Source: Candidatus Saccharimonadota bacterium (lineage in GTDB: Bacteria > Patescibacteriota > Saccharimonadia > Saccharimonadales > UBA4665). Taken from it: a stretch of 32,000 nt of DNA. The stretch covers positions 1 through 32,000 of the forward strand of contig CP025011.1 of NCBI GenBank assembly GCA_002952755.1. Direction: 5' to 3'. The notes under the pieces are model-generated. The model was given only the letters and a program-made list of their open reading frames with translations, had not been told where the DNA came from and ran no database searches. This document shows, piece after piece, positions 23,541 to 32,000 of this stretch (within the stretch, counting starts at the first letter, position 1; each line of letters begins with the position of its first letter). The position numbers and the translations under genes were made by a program.

Positions 23541-25617
23541 AGTGGACAAACATACCCGTGGGATTCATCCAAGCCTTACCCTCAGCTACGAGGTTGAAGT
23601 ATTCGTTATAGTTGCCGGGTTGCACAGGAGCTTGCACCGGGAATTCGAAGGTTGCGGTGCCCCCTGGCGGCACTGAACTTTCCGAGAAACCAACTGCCCG
23701 GTTGCAGCTTAACCAAGCATTCGTACAGAACAGGCTATTTCTATCTTGAGGGTTCCATGTGCCAACATGCACCAGCGGCGCGCTGACCTTATCCCAAGTA
23801 ACATTGCCGGTATTTTTAACCGACATAACTATCCAGGCGGTCTGACCGTGGGTAAGGGTTGCATTCCAGCCAAGGGCAGTGGTTTTTGTGCTGTCGGTAA
23901 ACACCGTCTGGCCGAGCGGCTGCCAGCTATAGTTCGCAGCATTCACTGTGCTGGCAACAAACATACCCGTGGGATTCATCCAAGCCTTACCCTCAGCTAC
24001 GAGGTTGAAGTATTCGCGGTAATTGCCGCCTTGCGCAGGAGCTTGCATCCAGAAGCCAAAGCTGCCAAGACTGCCTGGAGGTACACTGGATTCGGTCATG
24101 CCGGCTGGCCGGTTACTACTCAGCCACCCTGAAGTAAAGCCGCTGCTACGATCTTGCCCATTCCAGGTGCCTATATCTATAGGGTTGGCCCCCGTATTGC
24201 TCCAGGTCTGATTCCCGGTATTCAGAGCAGTGATAACGACGTATACTTTTTGCCCTGAGACCAAATTGCCGGTATTCCAGCCAATAGAATTAGCCTTGGT
24301 ATTGTCGGTATATACCGTCTGATTAACTTCAGCCCATGACCAGGTTGGCGGTTGGACGTTAAAGGTAAAGTACTGGCCCGCGCTGTTGAACCAGCTCCGG
24401 CCTTCTGCCACGAGGTTAAAGTATTCTCTGTACCCGCCAGCGCCCGGTGCTTGAACGGGGAACTCAAATGTACCAGTTGCACCTGGGGCAACCGTAGCTT
24501 CATCGGTGGCGACTGCCCGGTTGCAGCTTAACCAAGCATTCGTACAGAACAGGCTATTTCTATCTTGAGGTCCGCTAGTGGCTAAGTGTACCGGGTTGGC
24601 CCCCGTATTGCTCCAGGTCTGATTCCCGGTATTTTTGACGGTGAGTACGACGTAGGCGGTTTGCCCCGCAACGAGGTTGGCGTTCCAGCCAAGCAGCGTA
24701 GTTTTGGTATTGTCCGTGTACACAGCTTGGTTCAGGACTTGCCAGGAGTAAGATGGAGTAAATTGACTGCCGAACCAGGAATTGAAAATACTATCAAAAT
24801 GTTGGTTGCCCGAGAAATGCGGCGTGTAGTAGTAGAGCGCTGCTGTAGCCCCGTTGCCTATCTGTACTGTCTGGCCGTCTATGGTGCGGGTACCGTCGTA
24901 GAACGCAGACGGACCGCCGACACACACCTGCCAGGTACCTTGCGTCATGGGGCCGGAGTAGCACGAGCCTGGTGTATTGTCGTCAGAGTTATTCCAGCTA
25001 CCACGTACAATAGCCCAATTCACATTGCCTTTGGCACGCTGTTCGCTAAATTTAAGCAACCAGGCGGCATGGATGATTTGCTGGGAGAAACCAGCCTTTG
25101 TTGAGTTGTTTACGCAGGTGTTGCTAACCGACGTGACAGTGGTGCCGTTAATGGTGTAGAGGTTGACGCCGCTATAACTATGCGTAGTGCCGCTATCTGG
25201 GCAGCCGTATCCAAGCGCACTAGTATACGCCGCAGTGCTACATCCGGCACCACCGCTAACGAGGCTCTGCTCTTTCTGCAGGGTAGTGAGTATGACTTGC
25301 GGATTGAGGTCGTATGCCTGCGCAGCATCGGCGATAACCCGGCCCGCCGACACATTGCCACCATACGTGAACCCTCCTGAAGGTGAGTAGCCGGTAGGGT
25401 CTGGTGCAGAGAAGCCGTTATTGGTACTGATACAGCTTTGGCTAAAGCCATTTAAAAAGCCATCAATACTACTTGCAGACATCGCGGCCGAATTATCGAA
25501 TATGCCGTCGTCCATAATGTCGCCAGAGTTAAAAGGATCGGCGTGAGCCAGATTAGGGACAATCGTGAGTCCTGCTGCGGCTATCAGACTGCAAAATATC
25601 AGCTTCGCTTTTTTCAT
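23527..25617 (-). CDS. Secreted protein: signal peptide, N-terminal domain of about 290 aa, and three tandem beta-sandwich-like repeats of about 135 aa
   Basis: Signal peptide MKKAKLIFCSLIAAAGLTIVPNLAHA. N-terminal domain motif LNPQVILTTLQKEQSLVSG. Three repeats each contain ...KNTGNQTW...REYFNLVAEG.... Its start overlaps the upstream gene stop (ATGA). Confidence 0.85.
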   Translation of the reverse strand: MKKAKLIFCSLIAAAGLTIVPNLAHADPFNSGDIMDDGIFDNSAAMSASSIDGFLNGFSQSCISTNNGFSAPDPTGYSPSGGFTYGGNVSAGRVIADAAQAYDLNPQVILTTLQKEQSLVSGGAGCSTAAYTSALGYGCPDSGTTHSYSGVNLYTINGTTVTSVSNTCVNNSTKAGFSQQIIHAAWLLKFSEQRAKGNVNWAIVRGSWNNSDDNTPGSCYSGPMTQGTWQVCVGGPSAFYDGTRTIDGQTVQIGNGATAALYYYTPHFSGNQHFDSIFNSWFGSQFTPSYSWQVLNQAVYTDNTKTTLLGWNANLVAGQTAYVVLTVKNTGNQTWSNTGANPVHLATSGPQDRNSLFCTNAWLSCNRAVATDEATVAPGATGTFEFPVQAPGAGGYREYFNLVAEGRSWFNSAGQYFTFNVQPPTWSWAEVNQTVYTDNTKANSIGWNTGNLVSGQKVYVVITALNTGNQTWSNTGANPIDIGTWNGQDRSSGFTSGWLSSNRPAGMTESSVPPGSLGSFGFWMQAPAQGGNYREYFNLVAEGKAWMNPTGMFVASTVNAANYSWQPLGQTVFTDSTKTTALGWNATLTHGQTAWIVMSVKNTGNVTWDKVSAPLVHVGTWNPQDRNSLFCTNAWLSCNRAVGFSESSVPPGGTATFEFPVQAPVQPGNYNEYFNLVAEGKAWMNPTGMFVHFTVQ
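23546..24633. repeat. Intragenic perfect direct repeats between the three domain-repeat units
   Basis: 60-mer 23546-23605 = 23957-24016 (411 nt apart). 59-mer 23693-23751 = 24512-24570 (819 nt apart). 41-mer 24182-24222 = 24593-24633 (411 nt apart). The sequence between these blocks is more diverged. Confidence 0.9.
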
Positions 25618-26231
25618 GAGGCAATGTCCAAGGTTTGAGCGTCATCGGCGCTGCTGGTCTGATTGCCAAGCGTAGCGCGAGCAGTAATATGCCATGATCC
25701 GGGCGTAAGCCCAATGTCCTGCGGCTTCCAGGACTGCCAATAGGTGCCACCGCCAGAGTCTGTTTTTTGTGTTGGTAGACTTTTAGTAACTCCATCTTTG
25801 GTAAAAACGATCTCGCAGGTGGCGCCAGCACTGGTAACGCATGACGACGCCAGTGAGGCGTTTTGAGGGATGTTATGATGCGCACTCACAAAATTGCCCG
25901 TAGGAGTAAGCGGCTGTTCGGTTGTTGGCGTTTGGGGATTGGTGCTGCCTGGCGTCTTGTTGTCGGAGGGATAGGTGCTGACATCTGAATTCGCAGGGGT
26001 GGTTCCAGAGTTGGGTGAAGGGTTGGCTTTTGGTGACGGCTGGGTGCCTTTCGTTTCGGTATTTATGGTCTGAGGCTTTGGTTTGGCTTTGAATGGGAAG
26101 GTGTGGGTGAACGCCAAGATTGCAACTAGCCCTCCGACGAGAAGACAGAGGGCTACGACTATAACGAACAATTTGCGCCGGTTTGATGAGGGGCGCTTAT
26201 GCGTAGTGGGAACATTTTGACGGTATACCAT
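25614..26231 (-). CDS. Membrane-anchored hypothetical protein (N-terminal TM, Pro/Thr/Ser-rich linker, small C-terminal domain)
   Basis: 205 aa. TM segment LFVIVVALCLLVGGLVAILAF, then a low-complexity PKPQT...PTTEQP linker. It is translationally coupled to the downstream secreted protein. Confidence 0.7.
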   Translation of the reverse strand: MVYRQNVPTTHKRPSSNRRKLFVIVVALCLLVGGLVAILAFTHTFPFKAKPKPQTINTETKGTQPSPKANPSPNSGTTPANSDVSTYPSDNKTPGSTNPQTPTTEQPLTPTGNFVSAHHNIPQNASLASSCVTSAGATCEIVFTKDGVTKSLPTQKTDSGGGTYWQSWKPQDIGLTPGSWHITARATLGNQTSSADDAQTLDIAS

Positions 26232-26391
26232 GGTAGTTTTTATTTTAGGCTAAGTGTATATGCTTACTCTACTACAATATAGAGAGCAAGGCAAGGTCCG
26301 GAAAAAACAACAACACCTTGACAGCCCGCTTCCATCGTCCATTCTGTTATGATGAAAGATACGGTCCGTTTTTAAATGGAAGGTACTGCGT

Positions 26392-27483
26392 ATGAAAATT
26401 ATCGTTACTGCCGGTGGCCAAGGCACAAAACTCTGGCCTTACTCACGCGAAGACAAGCCTAAGCAATTTCAGCCGATTGTCGGTGGTGTGTCGCTGTGCA
26501 CAGAAACCATTAATACCTTGCTCAAAAAGTTCGAACCAGAAGATATTTTTATTTCTACCAAGCGAAAGTTCATCAAATACATCTCCGAGCAATCGCCACA
26601 AATCCCTTTGCGTAACTACATCATTGAACCAGATACGTTAAAAGATACTGGCCCGGGTCACGGTTTGGCATTCTTGCGGCTCAGTATGTTAGCGCCCGAG
26701 GAGCCGTTTTTTTTGGTACAGGTAGACTGTATTCGTAAGCCCGAAGAGGCCTTTTTGCAGATGATTGTTGACGCTGGTAAGGTAGTTGCCCGGGACAAGA
26801 AGCTGCTCACGGGCGGCATTAAGGCCACCGAACCAAACATGGGCGCGGATTATTTAAAGCTGGGTGAGCAGGTACGAAGCAGCACCGACCAAGAAGTCTA
26901 TAAGGTAGATAAGTTTATTTATCGTGGATCGAGTTATAAACAGACAAAAGAGTTGATCGAGAGTTTTCATGTGGTGACGCACAGCAATCACTACTGCTGG
27001 TATCCCGAATTAATGCTTGAGGCGTACGAGCGCTACCAGCCGGAATGGCACAAGGCGTTACTCAAAATGCGCGATGTGTATGACAAGCCCGGTGAGGATG
27101 CCGCCATTAGCGAGATTTTTGACGCGATGGCAAAGGGGCCTACCGAAGAAGTCACCAAGCACGTGTTGGATAACGGCGATGGTCATGTTGTATTGCTCCC
27201 CTTCCGCTGGACCGACGTCGGCACCTGGGGGTCGGTATATGACTATTTTGTCGATGGCGACGGCAGCGAAAATTATGTGGACGGTAAGGCGACAACCGTG
27301 GATGTCTCGGGCACGCTGATCAAAACATCTAACCCTGACAAGCTAGTGGCGATTGCCGGTGTTGAAGATTTGGTAGTGATTGATACTGATGATGTGCTGT
27401 TGATCATCCCCAAGCACAAGATTGAAAAGATTAAAGATATTCAAAAAGCACTCCGTGAAAAAGGGAAACAGTCGTATCTGTAA
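26392..27483 (+). CDS. manC: Sugar-1-phosphate nucleotidyltransferase (mannose-1-phosphate guanylyltransferase-like)
   Basis: 363 aa. N-terminal MKIIVTAGGQGTKLWPYSREDKPKQF matches the GGxGTRLWPLSR..PKQF signature. GGAAGG lies 8 nt upstream of the ATG. Confidence 0.78.
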   Translation: MKIIVTAGGQGTKLWPYSREDKPKQFQPIVGGVSLCTETINTLLKKFEPEDIFISTKRKFIKYISEQSPQIPLRNYIIEPDTLKDTGPGHGLAFLRLSMLAPEEPFFLVQVDCIRKPEEAFLQMIVDAGKVVARDKKLLTGGIKATEPNMGADYLKLGEQVRSSTDQEVYKVDKFIYRGSSYKQTKELIESFHVVTHSNHYCWYPELMLEAYERYQPEWHKALLKMRDVYDKPGEDAAISEIFDAMAKGPTEEVTKHVLDNGDGHVVLLPFRWTDVGTWGSVYDYFVDGDGSENYVDGKATTVDVSGTLIKTSNPDKLVAIAGVEDLVVIDTDDVLLIIPKHKIEKIKDIQKALREKGKQSYL

Positions 27484-27502
27484 AATCTTTTAGTTGCGCC
27501 GT

Positions 27503-29053
27503 TTACGTTTGTACGACGTTGCTGGCCATCTGATGGAAGATACCGTCATCGGCAATGGCGGCGGCGACGATCGCATCGGCGCGCTGTTGGCTACTGGCGA
27601 CCGCGTATATACGCAGTTCAGGGCTGTTACCGGAAGGGCGCATATGGGCGATGTCGCCATTACTGAACAAAATACGGATGCCGTCGAGTGAATCGACTTG
27701 GGTGACGTCGCCAAAGCCCTTTGCCGGCGTAAAGTAGAAGGCCAGTTCTTGGCGATTTTCAGGAGTGTCATCGGTAAAAGCAGTTATCAGTGCCCGGGAT
27801 ATCTCGAGCGGGAAATTGGTAATAAGTCCGGACTCGCTAAACCGCTGTGGCAGGCGAGCAAAAAGCTCGGATAGGGCGAGCCCCTGGGAACGGGCGGCGA
27901 TTAAGGTCGCGACTATGGGCAATAGTGCGTCACGCGTCGGCAATGCGCTGAGTAATCCTGTCCCGATCATCAAATCGGCGCCAAGCATAAAACCACCATT
28001 TGCTTCCCACCCTACAACACGAGCCTTGCCCCCTAAGCTAGCTTGATACATTGCATCCAGGACATGGGGGGAGCCAACTTTAGTGCGCTGGCAGCTAATA
28101 TGATTACTGCCTAGATACACATCAAGTGCATCGGAAGCGTTTACAGGAAAGGCAGCAAAATCAGTCCCGCACCAGATGGCCACTTGTACTCCCAGAGTGT
28201 CGCCGCTATGAAATTGACCATGTTCGTCGGCTAGGATAGGGGAGCTGCTGTCGCTTGACGTCGAAACAATGGCGAACGCACCACGATGTTGCGCGGCCAG
28301 CTGTTGAAAATAGTTTTGATATGCAGGCGTCATGTTTTCACTGTCCAGCGGGACAAATGTCTCCGATCGTCCTACCGCTATGACCTCAGCTCCCAGCGTC
28401 TGCAACAGATCTGTCAGCAAGTCACGACCCACTGCCGAATGCTGGTAAAAAATGATTCGTGCATCTCTAAGTGCTTGTACGCCAAAGGTTGATACATATC
28501 GATTACGGTATGCGTCGCGCGCGCCAGTTTGCTCCGGCGGTAGATCACCCGCGGGTAACATACCTTGGGCATTAAAGGGCGCTTGATTTCCGTCTTGGGC
28601 ATAGAGCCATTGCCGGATTCCGGATACGGCTTGCATAATAGGCGCTTCGTTTGCTTTGAGCACCTCTCCACGCGGATGGAACAAGAGAAGACCATTACGG
28701 TCGCCACTTAAGTGACCTCCAGTAACCATGATGCATGGCTGATGCTGTGAGAAGGCATAATGAGCAAGAGCTGGGGTGGGGATCCGGCCATGATATTCGG
28801 CTACAAATCCGCCGTCGATGATTGCGCGGTGTACGGCGCACAAGATTCGTGGCGTGCTTTCCCGGAGATCGCCGGCAATGAGCACTGTGCCTCCTGGATT
28901 CAGTAGTTGTTGGTTACGTAAATAGGTTAAAAAACCGGCAGCATTGATATAACACTCAAGGTCGGTCATATCCTTGGCGAGTCCCCGCAGGCCGGAAGTG
29001 CCGAACCGTAATTCGATCGGCCTGTAGGTGAGTGAGTTTTGTAAGCTAGGCAT
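27503..29053 (-). CDS. Alpha-D-phosphohexomutase superfamily protein (PMM/PGM-like) with non-canonical active-site motifs
   Basis: 516 aa. FGTSGLRGL is at the N-terminus, and RPSGNSPELRIY matches the RPSGTEP..R.Y phosphate-binding loop. The phosphoserine loop reads TGGHLSGDRNG and the metal loop reads SSDSSSP. Confidence 0.8.
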   Translation of the reverse strand: MPSLQNSLTYRPIELRFGTSGLRGLAKDMTDLECYINAAGFLTYLRNQQLLNPGGTVLIAGDLRESTPRILCAVHRAIIDGGFVAEYHGRIPTPALAHYAFSQHQPCIMVTGGHLSGDRNGLLLFHPRGEVLKANEAPIMQAVSGIRQWLYAQDGNQAPFNAQGMLPAGDLPPEQTGARDAYRNRYVSTFGVQALRDARIIFYQHSAVGRDLLTDLLQTLGAEVIAVGRSETFVPLDSENMTPAYQNYFQQLAAQHRGAFAIVSTSSDSSSPILADEHGQFHSGDTLGVQVAIWCGTDFAAFPVNASDALDVYLGSNHISCQRTKVGSPHVLDAMYQASLGGKARVVGWEANGGFMLGADLMIGTGLLSALPTRDALLPIVATLIAARSQGLALSELFARLPQRFSESGLITNFPLEISRALITAFTDDTPENRQELAFYFTPAKGFGDVTQVDSLDGIRILFSNGDIAHMRPSGNSPELRIYAVASSQQRADAIVAAAIADDGIFHQMASNVVQT

Positions 29054-29102
29054 CAGAGTTTTATTATGACAGATTATGTGTGCTCATTCCATGAAGATAA
29101 TG

Positions 29103-29205
29103 AGCACTCCTCACCCACCGTTATGGAGAGTCAAGCGTAGTGCAACCAGACCAGCGTAAGCTGGCCTGCGTGTAACGCTCTCCATAACGGTGGGTGAGGA
29201 GTGCT
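29103..29205 (+). repeat. Nested hairpin repeat family B, copy B3: 28-bp perfect arms around a 47-nt core
   Basis: 29103-29130 (agcactcctcacccaccgttatggagag) is the exact reverse complement of 29178-29205. Core 29131-29177: TCAAGCGTAGTGCAACCAGACCAGCGTAAGCTGGCCTGCGTGTAACG. It lies between the glmS stop (29263) and the start of the phosphohexomutase-like gene (29053). Confidence 0.9.
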
Positions 29206-29262
29206 TCCCATCCGAATTTTGTAGCTGTCGGTGATGAGGTGACTCAAGGCACCCAGGGTACG

Positions 29263-31095
29263 TTACTCAACAGTGACCGATTTTGCCAGGTTGCGCGGCC
29301 GATCGACATCAAGGTCTTTGGCTGTGGCTACGTAGTACGAAAAGAGCTGCATGACGATCGCTTCCAGAATCGGCTCCGTTTGCTCTAAGCTTTTAGGAAT
29401 GTAAATAACATCGTCGGCATGTTTGGCAACGAGCTTGTCTCCCTCGGTAGCGACGGCCACTACCACGCCGCCCCGGGCCTTAATCTCCTGGATATTGCTG
29501 CAGGTCTTTTCCAGCAATGGACCGCTGGTGGCAAGTGCGAATGTTGGGAAATCCTTATCGATCATAGCTAATGGACCGTGCTTCATTTCGCCGGCGGCAT
29601 AGCCTTCGGCATGGATGTAGCTTACCTCTTTGAGCTTGAGTGCACCCTCGAGTGCGCATGGAAAACTATAACCCCGGCCGATGAACAGAAAGTCCCGGTA
29701 TTTTTTATACTTCTTAGCAATGCGCTCGATGGCTGGCGCTTGGTCTAAAATCTGCTGCGCCTTGCCTGGGAGCGCTTCGATCTCTTCGAGTAATGGTTGA
29801 TAAAGGTTATCGCCATTTTTGGACAGCTTGAGGCTAATAAGCAGCAGAACGACGACTTGGGCTATGAACGCTTTAGTACTGGCGACAGCCTGCTCGGGTC
29901 CGGCGTGGCAATATACGCCAGCATCGGTCATGCGGGCAATGGTGCTGCCCACGGCGTTCACAATCCCTAGACGCAGCACGCCATAATCTTGCACCTTTTG
30001 GAGCGCCGCAATGGTGTCAGCGGTTTCGCCCGATTGCGAGATAGCCAGCAGGGCGGTGCTACGCGAGAATGGTTCGTTGCGATACTTAAATTCGGATGCC
30101 AGCTGTACTTCTACCGGAATGCCGGTAATCTCTTCTAGCAAATACTCACCTACCAGGCCGGCGTAGTAAGAGGTGCCGCAGGCGACAATGACGATACGGT
30201 CGATATAGCGCAGTTGGTCGGCCACGCTTTCCAGGCCGCCAAGTTTGACTGTCCCCGTACTGGCGTTGCTCCGACCGAGCGAGGCCAGACGGATAGTCTG
30301 CGGCGCTTCAAAAATCTCTTTGAGCATAAAATGCGGGAAATCACCCAAATTAGCTTGATTGATGTCGAAATCAAGATGTTCGGTTTCGCGTTGCACCTGT
30401 TTGTCGTGAGCAAGATCAACGAGACGATAGCTGCCCTTCTCGATCACCGCCATTTCGTTGTCCTGTACGTATACCACTTCTTTGGTGTGCTGCAGGATGG
30501 CTGAAGGGTCGGAAGCGACGATGCATTCGTCCTTGTTCACGCCGATAACCATCGGGCTGCTCAACCGGGCAGCAAACAATTTGTCTGGCGCCATAGTGCT
30601 GCACGCCAAAATGGCGTAGGCGCCGCGAATCTCTTTAATGGCACTCACAAATGCTTCTTCAAAGTTGCTGGTTTTTTTGTAGTAGTAATCGATGAGATGG
30701 GGGATGGTCTCGGTGTCGGTTTCCGACGCAAAGTGGTAACCCTCTTTGCCGAGCCATTCTCTGAGCTCGACATAATTTTCGATGATGCCGTTATGCACTA
30801 CAAAAATTGTCTGGTCGGCATTGCTGTGGGGATGAGCGTTGACGACCGACGGTTTGCCGTGTGTAGCCCAGCGAGTATGGCCGATGGCGAGCGGTGTTTT
30901 TTGAAGCGTTGTTTCGTCTATCAGTTTTTGGAGGCCAGCTACACGGCCGAGTTGCTTGAGAAGGGTAGCCTCGCCTGTCTCGTCAAGGAGTGCGATACCA
31001 GCAGAGTCGTATCCACGGTATTCCAACGCCGAGAGACCGGACAGCACAATGTCAGCACCGTTGCGTCTTCCGATATAACCGACAATGCCGCACAT
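29263..31095 (-). CDS. glmS: Glutamine--fructose-6-phosphate aminotransferase (isomerizing)
   Basis: 610 aa. The N-terminal MCGIVGYIG has the catalytic Cys2, two SIS domains follow, and the C-terminus KSVTVE is typical of GlmS. Confidence 0.97.
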   Translation of the reverse strand: MCGIVGYIGRRNGADIVLSGLSALEYRGYDSAGIALLDETGEATLLKQLGRVAGLQKLIDETTLQKTPLAIGHTRWATHGKPSVVNAHPHSNADQTIFVVHNGIIENYVELREWLGKEGYHFASETDTETIPHLIDYYYKKTSNFEEAFVSAIKEIRGAYAILACSTMAPDKLFAARLSSPMVIGVNKDECIVASDPSAILQHTKEVVYVQDNEMAVIEKGSYRLVDLAHDKQVQRETEHLDFDINQANLGDFPHFMLKEIFEAPQTIRLASLGRSNASTGTVKLGGLESVADQLRYIDRIVIVACGTSYYAGLVGEYLLEEITGIPVEVQLASEFKYRNEPFSRSTALLAISQSGETADTIAALQKVQDYGVLRLGIVNAVGSTIARMTDAGVYCHAGPEQAVASTKAFIAQVVVLLLISLKLSKNGDNLYQPLLEEIEALPGKAQQILDQAPAIERIAKKYKKYRDFLFIGRGYSFPCALEGALKLKEVSYIHAEGYAAGEMKHGPLAMIDKDFPTFALATSGPLLEKTCSNIQEIKARGGVVVAVATEGDKLVAKHADDVIYIPKSLEQTEPILEAIVMQLFSYYVATAKDLDVDRPRNLAKSVTVE

Positions 31096-31113
31096 ATGTT
31101 TAAAATGTACACT

Positions 31114-32000
31114 TTACTTATTTCTTGTCAATGCCTGGTCGATAAATGATTGCATCTTAGCGGTGAACACTTCGGCGGAAAATTGCTGTGCCTCTTTCAT
31201 AATGGCTTTGGACGAAAATTGATTGGAGTTGAATGACTTTAGGACTTTGATAAGTGATTCTGGCGTTTGTTCGTCAAAGAACAACCCGGTCTTACCAGGC
31301 TGCACGTAATCGAGCGCACCGCCTGCCTTGTAGGCGATGAGCGGATTGCCTGCAGCCATCGCTTCTACCGACGCTATACCGAAATCTTCAAAACTGGCAA
31401 ATAAGGAAGCTTCCGCGCTGCTGAGCGCTGCCGGCATGTCTTCGTCGCTAATCCGATTGCCGTCTACCCGGTTAAAAAACGTGACAGTTGGTCCGGCTAG
31501 TTGCTTGAGGCGGGGAAGGTCGGGTCCGTCGCCAATTACCTTGAGCGGCAAGTGGAGTTTGGTACAGGCCTCGACAATAATATCGACTCGTTTGGCGGTG
31601 GCCATGCGTCCCATTGTCACAAACCCGCGGCGCTTGCCTTGTGGTGCGCTTGAGAAGCGTGCCACATCGATCGGAGGGAATATAATTGTTGCGTCGCGCC
31701 CATAGTATTTTTTGATATCTGCTTGAATGTGGGTGGAATTGGCAATGAAATAATCAGGACGCTGGCTGGCACGCAAGTCCCAGCGCCTGAGTGGCCCGAT
31801 GAGCAGACGAAGTCCGACACGGGCGAGGGGATCAAGCATGCCAAAGCCGGGACGTTTCATGTAGTGGTCATAGTGCCGCCAATAATAATGGGTGGGTGTG
31901 TGACAATAGCAGATATGCATTGTGCCTTTAGGAGTACGAATGCCAAATGCTTCACCGTTACCCGAGCTGCTAATCACCAAGTCATATCCCGAGAAATCCA
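31114..32000 (-). CDS. Glycosyltransferase family 4 (5' end lies beyond the window)
   Basis: The reading frame stays open to the window edge. The C-terminal half carries a GT4 nucleotide-sugar-binding motif (FEDFGIASVEAMAAGNPLIAYKAGG). The Met at 31980 in the ORF track is probably internal. Confidence 0.85.
   Translation of the reverse strand, partial: DFSGYDLVISSSGNGEAFGIRTPKGTMHICYCHTPTHYYWRHYDHYMKRPGFGMLDPLARVGLRLLIGPLRRWDLRASQRPDYFIANSTHIQADIKKYYGRDATIIFPPIDVARFSSAPQGKRRGFVTMGRMATAKRVDIIVEACTKLHLPLKVIGDGPDLPRLKQLAGPTVTFFNRVDGNRISDEDMPAALSSAEASLFASFEDFGIASVEAMAAGNPLIAYKAGGALDYVQPGKTGLFFDEQTPESLIKVLKSFNSNQFSSKAIMKEAQQFSAEVFTAKMQSFIDQALTRNK

Noticed and set aside
23527-25617. Considered whether the repeated segments are a diversity-generating retroelement TR/VR pair.
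   Set aside because: There is no reverse transcriptase nearby. The identical blocks are perfect, and differences elsewhere are not adenine-specific. Ordinary domain repeats with gene conversion explain the pattern.
26318-26353. TTGACA (26318-26323) and TATGAT (26348-26353) upstream of the manC-like gene, considered as a sigma70 promoter.
   Set aside because: The spacer is 24 nt, or 21 nt to the alternative TGTTAT. That is too long for a canonical promoter, so it is not reported as a feature.
31096-31113. Looked for a glmS ribozyme or riboswitch upstream of glmS.
   Set aside because: Only 18 bp separate the glmS ATG (31095) from the upstream gene's stop (31114). There is no room for the ribozyme of about 170 nt.

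Overview
The window holds a chromosomal replication-origin block followed by a cell-surface glycan locus of about 26 kb. The origin block reads dnaN<-dnaA<-[DnaA-box cluster]->rpmH->rnpA->yidC->jag. The glycan locus contains several GT4 glycosyltransferases and an O-antigen-ligase-like protein. It also has a Wzm/Wzt ABC exporter, a WecB-like epimerase, a GtrB-like GT2, a flippase and a GT2::multi-TM fusion. Precursor genes are a ManC-like gene, a divergent phosphohexomutase and glmS. A secreted repeat protein completes the locus. No rRNA, tRNA, CRISPR array, transposase or phage gene was seen. Gene content and style (short YidC, compact spacing, many apparently leaderless starts) suggest a small-genome monoderm or CPR/Saccharibacteria-like bacterium. 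That taxonomic call is inference only.

The most unusual signal is non-coding: a dense family of nested hairpin repeats.
- Family B has three full copies at 8973-9082, 17887-18005 and 29103-29205, plus an arm-less diverged copy at 15590-15636.
- Each full copy has a conserved 47-48 nt core with a covarying inner helix. The core sits inside perfect arms of 25-31 bp that differ between copies.
- Family A is a related composite repeat. Two inverted copies (1-209 and 5232-5476) lie directly after the stop codons of dnaN and jag, so they bracket the whole origin block.
- I cannot match either family to a described repeat or RNA family from memory.

Secondary points:
- Eleven gene starts carry a TAnnnT hexamer 8-11 nt upstream of the start codon.
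- The glycan locus may use an O9a-like chain-termination logic: a Wzt C-terminal extension, a coupled coiled-coil protein and a stand-alone kinase-like gene.
- The phosphohexomutase homolog lacks the canonical phosphoserine and Mg-loop motifs.
- The secreted protein gene shows mosaic intragenic repeats.
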